A DNA stretch of 64,000 bases, from positions 48,027 through 112,026 of the forward strand of contig JAVBMV010000010.1 in the NCBI GenBank assembly GCA_031552145.1, written 5' to 3'. The notes beneath the pieces were generated by a model. It was not told where the DNA came from. It did not search any database and was given only the letters and a program-made list of their open reading frames with translations. This DNA is from Myxococcales bacterium. Its GTDB lineage: Bacteria; Myxococcota; Myxococcia; Myxococcales; UBA5297. This document shows, piece by piece, positions 1 to 14,714 of this stretch. Numbering within the stretch: position 1 is the stretch's first letter; every line of letters starts with the position of its first letter. The position numbers and the translations under genes were made by a program.

Positions 1-2181
1 TTCTGCGGCTGTGGCGCCTCCGACGCCGACACGAATGGCAACGGCATCCCCGACTGTATCGACCCCGGCGAAGGGGGCGGCGACCTCTGCCCGGACGATC
101 CGAACAAGGTGCTCCCGGGAGTCTGCGGCTGTGGCGTCTCCGACGCCGACACCAACGCGAACGGACTGCCCGATTGCCTCGACTCGAGGGCGGACCTATG
201 CCCCAAAGATCCCGCCAAGACAGCGCCGGGCCGTTGTGGCTGCGGCGTGCCCGACAGCGACCTGATGCTCGCGGGGCAGATGGACTGCGCGGTCATCAAG
301 AACGTGGCTATTTCCGACCTCCATAGCCCCTCGATTGCGATCATGGAAGGGCACGGCGACCCTAGTGGCCATCACAATGGTTCCGAGGTGACGCCAATCA
401 TCACTCTTGGCGGAAACCTCCTCTCCTCCGTCGGCTCACACATAGTGATAACCGCTTCGGGAGCGGTCGTCCCGGTGACTGGGGTGGATCTCCTGACCTG
501 GGTCACGCCCGAGATGCTCGACGCAAAGACCCCCATGCGCATTGGCCTCTACGCCGCTTCGCTCGGCGATGAACCGGCCCCACTGAAGGTGGAGGCGCTC
601 TTCTGGGGTGCTGACTATCCTACGCTGCCCAGCCCCGATCCGGAGACGGACGCACTCGCCATTGTCACTCTCTACGAAGGCAAGCCCGCGCTAGGCGAAT
701 GGGCCTTCCGCGGCGCGCTCGCCTACACTGCCTACCCGACCGGTACGCGCTATGTGACGCTCCAAATATCTACGCCGGGCGAAGCCTCTGAATGGCCTGA
801 CGGAGGAGTGATCTCCATTGTCGCGCCACAGCTGATCCTCGGGGAGAGAATGGTGCGGTTCTCCAACGATGTCGTCACCTGGTCGGAATGGATGTCCGCC
901 AAGGACGCCCCCACCAAGTGGACGTTGGCGGCGGGCAATTCCGGCCGATCCCTACTCATCCAAACCTATGATCCCCTCGTGCACGTCTTTCGCGCACATA
1001 AGTCCAACACCCTCACCGTTTTCCACTGCGGGGATGGACAGACCACGGGGCCCGAGGCGTGCGACGACGGCAACACTGTCGATGGCGATGGATGCTCAGC
1101 CGACTGCCTGCTCGTCGAGCCCAATTACCTTTGTCCAACCAGGGGCCCGTGCCATCTCATCGAATGCGGAGATGGGATCGCCGATTGGCCGGAGCAGTGT
1201 GATGACGGCAACGATCAGGCTGGCGACGGCTGCTCTGCCGACTGCTCGGCGAAGGAGCCGGGATATTTCTGCCCGTATGGGGGGGGCGCGTGCCACGAAA
1301 TCATCTGCGGCGATGGAGTCCCCGAGTGGCCCGAGGAGTGCGACGACGGCAACGATCAGGCCGGCGATGGCTGCTCCGCCGACTGTTTGGCTTGGGAGCC
1401 AGGGTACTACTGCCCCTACGATGGTGGCCCGTGTCTTGAGCACATCTGCGGCGACGGGATCGTAGTTGGGTCGGAGGACTGCGACGATGGGAACATCGAC
1501 GATGGCGACGGCTGCTCCGCCGATTGCGAAGATGTCGAGCCAGGATATACCTGCCCCAATAATGGCGGCGCCTGTAGCCCCGTCACTTGCGGCGACGGCA
1601 CCTGGACCCCTCCTTTCGAGCTTTGCGATGACGGCAATACCGAGGACGGCGACGGCTGTTCCGCGGAGTGCATGCCCGAGCCGGACTATTACTGCATGGG
1701 AGGAACCAACTGCCAAAAGCTCTGCACCGACGGCAAAACCGCAGGGAGCGGCGGCTGTACCGGCCTGAAGCTTCCAACGATAACGTCAATCGACGAATAC
1801 GATCCCCCCTATGACCAAGTAGCCATCCTGGCCGTGAGATTCGTCCAGACGAGGGCTTGGTATCCCCCGGGCGAGCACTGCACCGCTGCATACGACAATA
1901 CGACGCCCTCGCGATACATCGCCATCGCCATCACGAACAACACCAATGCCCCTCAATTTTTGGGGGCACAGCTCCTTTTCTCGTCGGGCATTCGATACTC
2001 TTTCTATGAAGCGCCTTTCAATCCTTTGGCACCGCTCGACGGCTGTATCCATATCGACTCAGATGATGCCCCGAGCATTCCGGCCAAGAGCACCCGCATA
2101 ATGGTCCTCACCGACCTTAACGCAGGCATCGATTCGGCGATTGGTATGGCCTACGCAGCGGCTGAACCTATCGACGACTGA
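1..2181 (+). CDS. Cys-rich extracellular protein, 5'-partial: TSP3-like repeats plus myxobacterial Cys-rich (DUF4215-like) repeats
   Basis: Frame is open from base 1 ([19 protein letters not shown]...). Contains CPxDPxKxxPGxCGCG/DxDxNG repeats and five CGDG..E.CDDGN..GDGCSA.C repeats. Confidence 0.85.
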   Translation, partial: FCGCGASDADTNGNGIPDCIDPGEGGGDLCPDDPNKVLPGVCGCGVSDADTNANGLPDCLDSRADLCPKDPAKTAPGRCGCGVPDSDLMLAGQMDCAVIKNVAISDLHSPSIAIMEGHGDPSGHHNGSEVTPIITLGGNLLSSVGSHIVITASGAVVPVTGVDLLTWVTPEMLDAKTPMRIGLYAASLGDEPAPLKVEALFWGADYPTLPSPDPETDALAIVTLYEGKPALGEWAFRGALAYTAYPTGTRYVTLQISTPGEASEWPDGGVISIVAPQLILGERMVRFSNDVVTWSEWMSAKDAPTKWTLAAGNSGRSLLIQTYDPLVHVFRAHKSNTLTVFHCGDGQTTGPEACDDGNTVDGDGCSADCLLVEPNYLCPTRGPCHLIECGDGIADWPEQCDDGNDQAGDGCSADCSAKEPGYFCPYGGGACHEIICGDGVPEWPEECDDGNDQAGDGCSADCLAWEPGYYCPYDGGPCLEHICGDGIVVGSEDCDDGNIDDGDGCSADCEDVEPGYTCPNNGGACSPVTCGDGTWTPPFELCDDGNTEDGDGCSAECMPEPDYYCMGGTNCQKLCTDGKTAGSGGCTGLKLPTITSIDEYDPPYDQVAILAVRFVQTRAWYPPGEHCTAAYDNTTPSRYIAIAITNNTNAPQFLGAQLLFSSGIRYSFYEAPFNPLAPLDGCIHIDSDDAPSIPAKSTRIMVLTDLNAGIDSAIGMAYAAAEPIDD
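1027..1671 (+). repeat. Five tandem Cys-rich repeat units of about 47 aa
   Basis: CGDG...CDDGN...[11 protein letters not shown] occurs five times; units 2 and 3 have near-identical DNA in the core. Confidence 0.9.
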
Positions 2182-2226
2182 TTCGACGCGGGCGAGGCGC
2201 GGGCAATGCTCGCGCCTCGCCCAGCG

Positions 2227-4401
2227 CTAACAGCTGAGCGCCTCGAGCGCGGCGACCGAATCGGCGGCGATTTCCCGCAGGGCAGCCATCGCCGCCGCTT
2301 CGTCGCCTTGCCCCTCCTTCGCCGCGCGGCGCAGTGTGCCGACCGCCTCCTGGAGACGCAGCATTCCGAAGCTCGCGGCGGCGCCGTCGAGCCTGTGCGC
2401 CGCGCGTCGAAGGCGGGCCGTATCGGCCAACTCGAAGCTCTCTTCCAACTCGCGCAGCTGGACATCGATGGCGCCCTGGGCCGAGGCGTAGAGCGCCGCT
2501 CTTCGTTCGGCGACGAGACAACGCCGGTACTCATCGTGCAGCGCGGGATCGAGCAGGGGACGCTTCCCCAGCGGGCAAGGTACTTCCTCACGCTCGCCCT
2601 TCTCCGCCTCCCACGATGGCCAGGCCTCTCCCTCTTCGAAGAGCGCTCGAATCGCGCAGGCAAGATCGGCAGAGCGCACAGGCTTCGCCAGGAAGCCCTG
2701 CATCCCGACCTCACGACAGGCCAGCTCCTGCTCCTGAAGCACGTCTGCCGTCAGTGCGACGATGGGAACCTGCGCTGCCGCTCCCGACCCGGAGCGGATC
2801 TGGCTCGCCGCCTCGAGCCCACCGATGCCAGGCAGATAGAGATCCATCAGCACCAAGTCGAACTCACCGCGAAGCGCCAGCGCCACTGCCTCTTCACCGG
2901 TCGAAGCGAGCGTGACGTGATGCCCCAGGTGTTCGAGGAGCGCGCCCACGATCCATCTGCCCTGCTCCGAGTCGTCAACGAGCAACAGGCGGCGCCAAGG
3001 GCCGCTCTGCGCGACCAAGGGCGCATCCTCTGGGAGACCCGGCACCAACGCAACCTCGAAACAGAAAATGCTGCCGCGCCCCGGCTCGCTCTTCGCGGTG
3101 AGCGAGCCCCCCATCGCCTCCGCCACCTGGCGGCTGATGGCGAGCCCGAGCCCGACTCCTCCTCCGCTCCGCGGCGCGTTGCTCCCCTGGAAGAGCGGCT
3201 CGAAGACGCGGTTGAGTTCCTCTTGCGAGATACCGATGCCAGTGTCCTGAACCGATACTGAGAAGAGCAGCCGTTCGCCAGTGGGCGCCACCGCCGCCTC
3301 GAAGGCGACCTCTCCCTCCGCCGTGAACTTGATGGCGTTCTGAAGGAGGTTGGAGAGGATCTGCTTGATGCGCGCGCGGTCGGCGCGAACCCAGGTCGCC
3401 TCTAATGGTGTGGGCCCACGGAAGGTGAGCCCCTTTCGCGCGGCCGCCAACTCGAAGAAGCCATGCAGCTCTCCGAGCAACGCGGCCAAATCGAAATTCT
3501 GATCGACGCGCAGCGGGCGCTCGGCACCCGAGCGCGTGTATTCCAGGACATCATCCACCAGCGCGTGGAGCTGCCCGGCGCTCTCCTCAACCACCTGGAG
3601 GAGCGCGCGCGTCCTCTTCGGCAGCTCGGTGGCGAGCGCCAACTCGACGCCGCCGAGGATCCCGCCGAGCGGCGTCCGCATCTCGTGGCTCATCACCGCG
3701 AGGAAGCGCCCCTTCGCCTCGTTGGCCTTCGCCGCGGCCCGCTCCGCCAGAATGCGCTCCGTCACTTCGCGCTCCAGGCGTCGCTGCGAAGCGTAGTCTG
3801 AGTGGCTCAGCTTGTTGATGCCCACACTGGCCAGGTAGCCGAAGGTGTTGGTCACGCCACCCCAGACCAGCAGCAGCAGGATGTCCGAGCTGGAGACCCA
3901 CGGAGAGATGAGCTGGAAGAGCGCGAAGCAGCCGATGACGAAGGTGCAGAGCAGAGCGGTCAGGAGTGGCGTATTCGGAATGAGGAAGTAGCAGCCCACG
4001 ATGATGAGGGCGAAGGTCCCGACGTTGGCGCTGGCGACCGAAACCCCTGCCTGCTTGACGAGGGCATATTCGAAGAGCTCGGAGAAGAGCACCGTCAGTT
4101 CACCCACGGCGATGACCCAGGTGAGCCTCGGCGGGCGCGAAGGGCGCCGCGCGAGCAGGACGAAGAGCGCGAAGAGCACCATCGTCGTCGCACGGAAGGC
4201 CGCCATGGCCCAGAACCGTGGCGTGAGGCCAAAGGTGTCGTAGTCGATGAGCGGGGCGGTGGAGTAGGCCAGGATGCCGAAGGTCGCGGCGATCTTGAGC
4301 TGGCGCGAGGCCTGCGGCCAACGGAAGCGCGCGTACTCCTCCTCGCGGTGCTTCGCGGCGAATTGGCCCGTCCAGCGCGAGACCGCGAAGTCGCCGCTCA
4401 A
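2227..4401 (-). CDS. Membrane hybrid sensor histidine kinase (TM region, HisKA, HATPase, REC, Hpt)
   Basis: Several hydrophobic segments; SHEMRTPL H-box; NLLQNAIKF; DTGIG; GLGL; receiver LLVDD..MDL..KP; C-terminal AHRLDGAA Hpt-like motif. Confidence 0.92.
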   Translation of the reverse strand: MSGDFAVSRWTGQFAAKHREEEYARFRWPQASRQLKIAATFGILAYSTAPLIDYDTFGLTPRFWAMAAFRATTMVLFALFVLLARRPSRPPRLTWVIAVGELTVLFSELFEYALVKQAGVSVASANVGTFALIIVGCYFLIPNTPLLTALLCTFVIGCFALFQLISPWVSSSDILLLLVWGGVTNTFGYLASVGINKLSHSDYASQRRLEREVTERILAERAAAKANEAKGRFLAVMSHEMRTPLGGILGGVELALATELPKRTRALLQVVEESAGQLHALVDDVLEYTRSGAERPLRVDQNFDLAALLGELHGFFELAAARKGLTFRGPTPLEATWVRADRARIKQILSNLLQNAIKFTAEGEVAFEAAVAPTGERLLFSVSVQDTGIGISQEELNRVFEPLFQGSNAPRSGGGVGLGLAISRQVAEAMGGSLTAKSEPGRGSIFCFEVALVPGLPEDAPLVAQSGPWRRLLLVDDSEQGRWIVGALLEHLGHHVTLASTGEEAVALALRGEFDLVLMDLYLPGIGGLEAASQIRSGSGAAAQVPIVALTADVLQEQELACREVGMQGFLAKPVRSADLACAIRALFEEGEAWPSWEAEKGEREEVPCPLGKRPLLDPALHDEYRRCLVAERRAALYASAQGAIDVQLRELEESFELADTARLRRAAHRLDGAAASFGMLRLQEAVGTLRRAAKEGQGDEAAAMAALREIAADSVAALEALSC

Positions 4402-5075
4402 GAGGTCACACCCTCCAGGTAGTAGCCAACCCCATAGGCAGTCTTGATATAGGCGGGCGCAGCGGGCGCGCGCTCCAGCTTCTGGCGCAGCCGATGGATC
4501 AGCACGGGCACCGCCCGCTCGTCACTGGCGTTCTGGCGGTCGAGGCGCTCGAAGAGCTGAGACTTGGAGAGCACGCCGCCCCTGGCGAGGGCGAGCGCCT
4601 CGAGCAGCGCATATTCGCACGCGCTCAGCTGAACGAGCTCTCCCTCGCGGCAGAGGCGCCGCTCCCGCGGGTCGAGGCGGTAGGGCCCGAACCTGAGCTT
4701 TGCGCTCCGCTCCCCCTGCTCGCGGCGACCACGTAGGACATTAGTGAGACGCGCGAGCGCGACGGATGGGACGAAGGGCTTGGTGATGTAGTCGCTCGCC
4801 CCGAGTTCGATGCCGCGCTGCTGTGCCGCGCGATCTCTCTTCGCCGTCACGATGACGATCGGTGCCTCGGAGCGTGCGCGCAGCTCGGAGAGAAACTGAA
4901 AACCGTCGATATCGGGGAGTCCCAAGTCGAGCAAGACGAGCGAAATGCTTCCTTCCACCAATCGCCGCCGCGCCTCCTCGGCGCAGGAGGCCTCCTGGAC
5001 CGAGAGACCCGCTCCCTCGAGTAACCCGGCGAGAAGCTCTCGCTGCGACGCCTCGTCTTCCACCACCAGAATCAA
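4398..5075 (-). CDS. OmpR/PhoB-family response regulator
   Basis: ILVVEDE..LDLGLP..KPF receiver; wHTH with IHRLRQKLE and TAYGVGY; TTG start with GGAGG RBS; 4-bp overlap with the kinase. Confidence 0.93.
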   Translation of the reverse strand: MILVVEDEASQRELLAGLLEGAGLSVQEASCAEEARRRLVEGSISLVLLDLGLPDIDGFQFLSELRARSEAPIVIVTAKRDRAAQQRGIELGASDYITKPFVPSVALARLTNVLRGRREQGERSAKLRFGPYRLDPRERRLCREGELVQLSACEYALLEALALARGGVLSKSQLFERLDRQNASDERAVPVLIHRLRQKLERAPAAPAYIKTAYGVGYYLEGVTS

Positions 5076-5203
5076 GCGCGCCTCCTCCCTCTGACCTTAG
5101 TCAAAGCAATCCGCCACCATGGGAGGTGATGTTCACACAATGATATTAAAAACCGATTAAGAAGCCAAACCTCCACAATGCCGGAAGACCGAGATCCCGG
5201 CGA

Positions 5204-6529
5204 CTATCGGAGCCCAGCGCGCGCCGCCACTTTGGCGCGCTGCGCGCGCGCCTCGCTCACGATGGAGGGCAGCTCCTGCTCCAGAAGCCTCCCCTCTTCC
5301 ACCAGCACGCGACCATCGACCACCACGGCCCGCACGTCGCTTCCGCGCGCGCTGAAGACCAGGGAGGCGTAGGGATCGTCGTTGGGCGCGTGGTGTGCTC
5401 CGCTCCATTCGACGATAGCCAGATCGGCGCGCTTTCCGACCTCCAGGCTACCCACTTCTTCCGCGAGCCCCAGCGCGCGGGCGCCGCCGATGGTGGCCAT
5501 CGCGAAGACCTGCTCCGCAGGCATTGCCTTGGCACCCGCGCGCGGCAGGTGGATGAGCGCTGCGAGGCGCAGCTCGGTGAAGGCGTCGAGACCGTTGCTG
5601 CAGGCCGCCCCGTCGGCGCCAAGCGCCACGCAGAGTCCACGTTGGAGAAATTCGGGTACTGGCGCCAAACCCGAGGCGAGCTTCAGGTTCGAGGAGGGGC
5701 AGTGGATCACGCTGCTGCCACTCTGTGCGAGCAGCTCCACCTCCCCTGGCGTCATATGAATGCAATGCGCCAGCGAGAGGTCTGGCCCCAAGAATCCCAG
5801 GCGAGCGAAGTGCTCGATCGTATCGAGGCCGGTCCGCGCTCGGGCCGCCTCGCACTCGCGCCTGTTCTCGTTGGCGTGGGTGTGGAGCCTCGCTCCGCGC
5901 TCCTTCGCCAGCGCCGATGCGCCCGAGAGCAGCTCGTCGCTGCAAGAGAGCAGAAAGCGCGGCGCATGCGCATAGCGCAGCCGACCGCCCTCCGCGCCGT
6001 GGTAGCGCGCGGCGAGCGCCTCCGACTCGTCGAGGGCGTCTCGGGTGGAGTCGAGCAGCTTCGCCGGGATACCCTCCCCCTGATCGAGCAGCGCCTTGCC
6101 ACCGAAATAGCGCAGGCCGAAGCGCGCCGCCTCCTCGAAGAGCACCTCCGTGTGGCGCACGGTCCCCATATCCTGGATGGTGGTGGTACCGGAGAGGAGC
6201 AGCTCCGCCATTCCGAGCCTGGCGCTGGCGCGCAGCGAATGCGCGTCATGAGCAGCCTCCAGCGGCAAGATGCGTTCGCCGAGCCACTCGAGCAGCTCGC
6301 GCCCCTCGGCCATTCCCCGGAAGAGCGTCTGGCAGAGATGGACGTGCGCCTGAACGAGTCCGGGGATGACGAGCGCGCCGCCCGCGTCGAGGCGCCGCGC
6401 CACCTTGGCCGCGCCCAGGTCGCCGCCCAGCGCCGCGATGCACCCCCCTTCGATCAAGAGATCACCGCGCACGATCCGGCGCGCGCCATCCATGGTGACG
6501 AGCGTGCCATCGCGAATCAGCAGCGACAT
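5204..6529 (-). CDS. Amidohydrolase-family nucleoside deaminase (5'-deoxyadenosine/MTA-SAH deaminase-like)
   Basis: Start taken at MSLLIRDG; PGLVQAHVH metal motif, HANE, HCPSSNLKL, GADG, GSLEVGKRAD; directly follows cdd. Confidence 0.88.
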   Translation of the reverse strand: MSLLIRDGTLVTMDGARRIVRGDLLIEGGCIAALGGDLGAAKVARRLDAGGALVIPGLVQAHVHLCQTLFRGMAEGRELLEWLGERILPLEAAHDAHSLRASARLGMAELLLSGTTTIQDMGTVRHTEVLFEEAARFGLRYFGGKALLDQGEGIPAKLLDSTRDALDESEALAARYHGAEGGRLRYAHAPRFLLSCSDELLSGASALAKERGARLHTHANENRRECEAARARTGLDTIEHFARLGFLGPDLSLAHCIHMTPGEVELLAQSGSSVIHCPSSNLKLASGLAPVPEFLQRGLCVALGADGAACSNGLDAFTELRLAALIHLPRAGAKAMPAEQVFAMATIGGARALGLAEEVGSLEVGKRADLAIVEWSGAHHAPNDDPYASLVFSARGSDVRAVVVDGRVLVEEGRLLEQELPSIVSEARAQRAKVAARAGLR

Positions 6530-6533
6530 GCGT

Positions 6534-6947
6534 TCACCTGAGCGTCTCGAAGGCGAAGGGGAGCAGCGCTCCCAGACGGTGAATTTGGCGCTCCCCGCTC
6601 CCTCCGACCAGTGCCACCGCGAGCTCGGCGTCGGCGAACTCGGCCAGCACCTGACGGCAGGCGCCGCAAGGGGGGCAAGGGGCCTCACCGCCCCCCGCGA
6701 TCGCCACGGCGAGTAGCCGCCGCTCGCCCTGAAGCACCGCCTGGGCGACGGCGTTGCGCTCCGCGCAGATGGTGAGCCCGAAAGAGATGTTCTCGACGTT
6801 GCAGCCCAGGAAGATCCGCCCCGACTCACCCAGCAGGGCGGCCCCCACCTGGAAGCGCGAGTAAGGGGCGTGGGCGGCGGCGCGCGCGCGCAGGGCCCCC
6901 TCGATGAGCGGGGTCCAGTCGATCTGAGGCGGTCTCGGGGGTGCCAT
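6534..6947 (-). CDS. cdd: Cytidine deaminase
   Basis: APYSRFQVGAA, GCNVEN, CAERNA and PCGACRQ zinc motifs. Confidence 0.95.
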   Translation of the reverse strand: MAPPRPPQIDWTPLIEGALRARAAAHAPYSRFQVGAALLGESGRIFLGCNVENISFGLTICAERNAVAQAVLQGERRLLAVAIAGGGEAPCPPCGACRQVLAEFADAELAVALVGGSGERQIHRLGALLPFAFETLR

Positions 6948-6985
6948 GGATGGACTCTACCCCAATCTTGAATACCGGAACGTAC

Positions 6986-7001
6986 TCGAATAATTATTCG
7001 A
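6986..7001. promoter_or_regulatory. Perfect 16-bp AT-rich palindrome (candidate operator) upstream of cdd
   Basis: TCGAATAATTATTCGA in an otherwise GC-rich context. Confidence 0.5.
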
Positions 7002-7026
7002 CTATGTCTTTGCTCTCGGGCCCGCT

Positions 7027-9210
<2,184 letters not shown>

Positions 9211-9274
9211 GCGCCACTCCCTCTTCCCAGAGAACTGGCCCAGAGAATCTGGCCAGTGAACTCGGACGACGAGG

Positions 9275-9302
9275 AAGTTAAGAGCGGGGACTCATCTGGC
9301 AA
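9275..9302 (-). promoter_or_regulatory. Putative clpB promoter
   Basis: TTGCCA-N16-TAACTT on the minus strand. Confidence 0.5.
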
Positions 9303-9313
9303 GCGACGGGGGC

Positions 9314-10381
9314 TCAGGCCGCGAGCGCGGCGGCGAGATCGTCATAGACGGCGAGCACACGGGGCTCCGCACTCTCGCTGCCAGCGGCGTCCGACTCCGC
9401 GACCAGCGCCTCGCGCTTGAGCGCGCGGGCGAGCGCGACCGCCGCCACTTCGAGCTGCTTCTCATCGGGCTCTTTGGTGGTGATGCGCTGCAGCCACATC
9501 CCAGGCGCGGCGAGCGCGCCCATCACGCGCGGCGCCTTGCCGCTCGCCGAGTAGCGCTGCAATTCGTAGGCGAGCCCCGCAACGGGCAGCATCAGCGGCA
9601 GCTTGAGCCCGATGAGCGCCAAGTGGTTCAGGAGCTCGCTCTCGGCGAGCCGCGGCACCCATGGAAAGACAAGCGCGAAGAGGACGATGCTGATCGCCAA
9701 GACGATGAGCAGAAAGGAGGTTCCGCACCTGGGGTGGAGCGTCCCGAAGCGCGCACCGTTGGCCGGCGTCGGGGCGAGTCCCGACTCATGCGCCCAGATG
9801 AGCTTGTGCTCGGCGCCGTGGTATTCGAAGACGCGTCGAATGTCGGGGAGGCGCGAGATGAGCGCCATGTAGCCAATGAGGATCGCCGCCTTGAAGAGCC
9901 CGTCGATGGCGTGAAAGGCGAAGCTCGAGACGTCGAGCGAGGTGCCCGCGAGCCGCCCCGCCGCCCATGTCAGGAGGTGAGGCGCACCGACGAAGAGCCC
10001 CAGGCCTAGCGCCAACGAGAGCGCCAGGGTGCCCGCCATCATGGCGCGCTCCTTGGTCGTCGCGGTTCGGGGGAGCGCCGTCCCGCTCTCGGACGAGGGA
10101 GTCGCCGAGGGCGCCTCGTCAGGCATTGCCTGCTGGGCCGAGAACTCGAGCGCGGAGAGGCCATTCCAGAGGCTCTCGATCAGGACGATCGCGCCGCGAA
10201 GGAAGGGCCAGCGCAGCGGCTTGATTCCCTTGCCGAGCGTCTCCCACGGCTCTTCGCGCACGACGATTCGCCCATCGGGGCGGCGGACCGCCACGACAAA
10301 GCTCCGCGGGGAGCGCATCATCACGCCCTCGATGACGGCCTGGCCGCCGACCATCGGATTCGGGGGGCGCGCGGCAGCCAT
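9314..10381 (-). CDS. DUF1385 (YqhQ-like) membrane protein
   Basis: GGQAVIEGVMMR, FEYHGAEHK, HPRCGTSF, LQRITTKEP; follows rpmE as is common. Confidence 0.92.
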   Translation of the reverse strand: MAAARPPNPMVGGQAVIEGVMMRSPRSFVVAVRRPDGRIVVREEPWETLGKGIKPLRWPFLRGAIVLIESLWNGLSALEFSAQQAMPDEAPSATPSSESGTALPRTATTKERAMMAGTLALSLALGLGLFVGAPHLLTWAAGRLAGTSLDVSSFAFHAIDGLFKAAILIGYMALISRLPDIRRVFEYHGAEHKLIWAHESGLAPTPANGARFGTLHPRCGTSFLLIVLAISIVLFALVFPWVPRLAESELLNHLALIGLKLPLMLPVAGLAYELQRYSASGKAPRVMGALAAPGMWLQRITTKEPDEKQLEVAAVALARALKREALVAESDAAGSESAEPRVLAVYDDLAAALAA

Positions 10382-12807
<2,426 letters not shown>

Positions 12808-12843
12808 AGCGCCCTGGGTAGAATAGGGGCTGGAGGTTACACC

Positions 12844-13122
12844 GTGCCCGTACAGCGCTGCCGCCTGCTCATTCAGGGGCGAGTCCAGGGAGTCTTCTAC
12901 CGCGTGAGCGCCCAGTCGGAGGCGCGCCGCCTCTCGCTCGTAGGCTGGGTCCGAAACCTGCCCTCCGGTGAGGTGGAGGCCTTGGTGGAGGGGGAGCCCG
13001 AGGCGCTCGACTCCTTCATCGCCTGGTGCCGCCGCGGACCTCCCGGCGCCAGGGTCGGTGACGTTTTGGTAGAAAAGAGCCAGAATGGCGAGGAGCTGAG
13101 AGGTTTCAGCATCACCGGCTGA
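12844..13122 (+). CDS. acyP: Acylphosphatase
   Basis: GRVQGVFYR, GWVRN, GPPGARV. Confidence 0.95.
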   Translation: MPVQRCRLLIQGRVQGVFYRVSAQSEARRLSLVGWVRNLPSGEVEALVEGEPEALDSFIAWCRRGPPGARVGDVLVEKSQNGEELRGFSITG

Positions 13123-13192
13123 TCGTTTTCGAGGGGGATTCCGTCCAACCGCCCTGGATTTTTCCAGGCCCATCGCACCAGGCAGGAGAACC

Positions 13193-14626
13193 ATGAGCTC
13201 CAACACCACACCCAGCAGCGCCAACTTCCGCCTCGAGCACGACTCCCTCGGCCAGAAGGAGATCCCCTCGAACGCCTACTACGGAATCCAGACGCTGCGC
13301 GCCATCGAGAACTTCCCCATCACGGGGCGGGTCATCGGCGAGCACCCGCAGCTGATCCGCGCCCTGGCGCTCATCAAGAAGGCGGCTGCCCACGCCAACG
13401 TCGACCTGGGCATCATGCCCAAGAAGATCGGCGACGCCATCTCCCGCGCCTGCGATGACCTGATCGCGGGCAAGTTCCACGACCAGTTCCCCGTCGACAT
13501 CATCCAGGGCGGCGCCGGCACCTCGACCAACATGGCCGCCAACGAGGTGATCGCGAACCGCGCGCTCGAGCTGATGGGGCTCGCGAAGGGCGACTACGCC
13601 GCCTGCCACCCCAACGACCACGTCAATCTCTCGCAGTCGACCAACGACGCCTACCCCACCGCCGTCCGCATCGCGCTCTACTTCATGCTCGACGAGCTGA
13701 TCGGCGCGATGAACGAGCTCAAGGGCGCCTTCGAGGTGAAGGAGCGCGAGTTCGCCGACGTGATCAAGATGGGGCGCACGCAGTTGCAGGACGCTGTGCC
13801 CATGACGCTGGGGCAGGAGTTCAGCACCTATGCCGTCATGGTCGGCGAAGATGCGCAGCGCATCCGCGAGACGATGCAGCTCCTGCGCGAGATGAACCTG
13901 GGCGCCACCGCGATCGGCACCGGCATCAACGCCCCTCCGGGCTACGCCGACGCCATCCGCGGCCACCTGAACAAGTTCGCGGGGATCGAGTTCATCACCG
14001 CCTCCAACCTGGTCGAGGCAACCCAGGACGCCGGCGTCTTCGTGCAGGTGAGCGGCGTGCTCAAGCGCTTCGCGGTGAAGCTCTCCAAGACCTGCAACGA
14101 TCTGCGGCTCCTCTCCTCGGGACCGCGCGCCGGCCTCGGCGAGATCAACCTTCCCCCCGCGCAGCCCGGCTCCTCCATCATGCCGGGCAAGGTGAACCCG
14201 GTCATCCCCGAGGTGGTGAACCAGGTCTGCTTCAAGGTGATCGGCAACGATGTCACCGTCACGATGGCGGCCGAGGCGGGGCAGATGCAGCTCAACGCAT
14301 TCGAGCCGGTGATCCTCGCCTGCCACCAGGCGAGCATCGGCATGTTGACCCGCGCCTGCCGCACGTTGGTGCAGCGCTGCATCAACGGCATCACCGCCAA
14401 CAAGGACGCCTGCCGCCTCTATGTAGAGCGCTCCATCGGAATCGTGACTGCCCTCAATCCGCTCATCGGCTACGAGCGCTCCGCTGAAGTGGCCAAGGAG
14501 GCGATGCGCTCCAACCGCTCGGTGGGCGAGGTCGCGCTCGAGAAGGGCTATGTCTCGGCCGAGGAGCTGAAGGAGTTGCTCGATCCCGCGCGCATGCTCA
14601 AGCCGACCTTCGGCAAGCGGTCGTAA
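13193..14626 (+). CDS. aspA: Aspartate ammonia-lyase
   Basis: YYGIQTLRA, QGGAGTS, SQSTND, GRTQLQDA, GSSIMPGKVNP. Confidence 0.95.
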   Translation: MSSNTTPSSANFRLEHDSLGQKEIPSNAYYGIQTLRAIENFPITGRVIGEHPQLIRALALIKKAAAHANVDLGIMPKKIGDAISRACDDLIAGKFHDQFPVDIIQGGAGTSTNMAANEVIANRALELMGLAKGDYAACHPNDHVNLSQSTNDAYPTAVRIALYFMLDELIGAMNELKGAFEVKEREFADVIKMGRTQLQDAVPMTLGQEFSTYAVMVGEDAQRIRETMQLLREMNLGATAIGTGINAPPGYADAIRGHLNKFAGIEFITASNLVEATQDAGVFVQVSGVLKRFAVKLSKTCNDLRLLSSGPRAGLGEINLPPAQPGSSIMPGKVNPVIPEVVNQVCFKVIGNDVTVTMAAEAGQMQLNAFEPVILACHQASIGMLTRACRTLVQRCINGITANKDACRLYVERSIGIVTALNPLIGYERSAEVAKEAMRSNRSVGEVALEKGYVSAEELKELLDPARMLKPTFGKRS

Positions 14627-14653
14627 GCGCTCTAAAAGAGGGCGAGCCAACGA

Positions 14654-14693
14654 GAGACGCCGCGTTCCGAGAGTGCTCGGGGCGCGGCGTCTC
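14654..14693. terminator. Hairpin between convergent genes
   Basis: GAGACGCCGCG...CGCGGCGTCTC stem. Confidence 0.7.
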
Positions 14694-14714
14694 CATATTT
14701 GTAGCGCCGGGCCG

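Noticed and set aside
1027-1671. Regularly spaced DNA repeats as a possible CRISPR array
   Set aside because: In-frame, degenerate at third codon positions and protein-coding; no cas genes.
6530-6829. Long N-terminal ORF extensions (deaminase; likewise kinase, DUF4388, GldG, galT, epmA)
   Set aside because: They overlap neighbouring genes; downstream starts with RBS or family-typical N-termini fit better.
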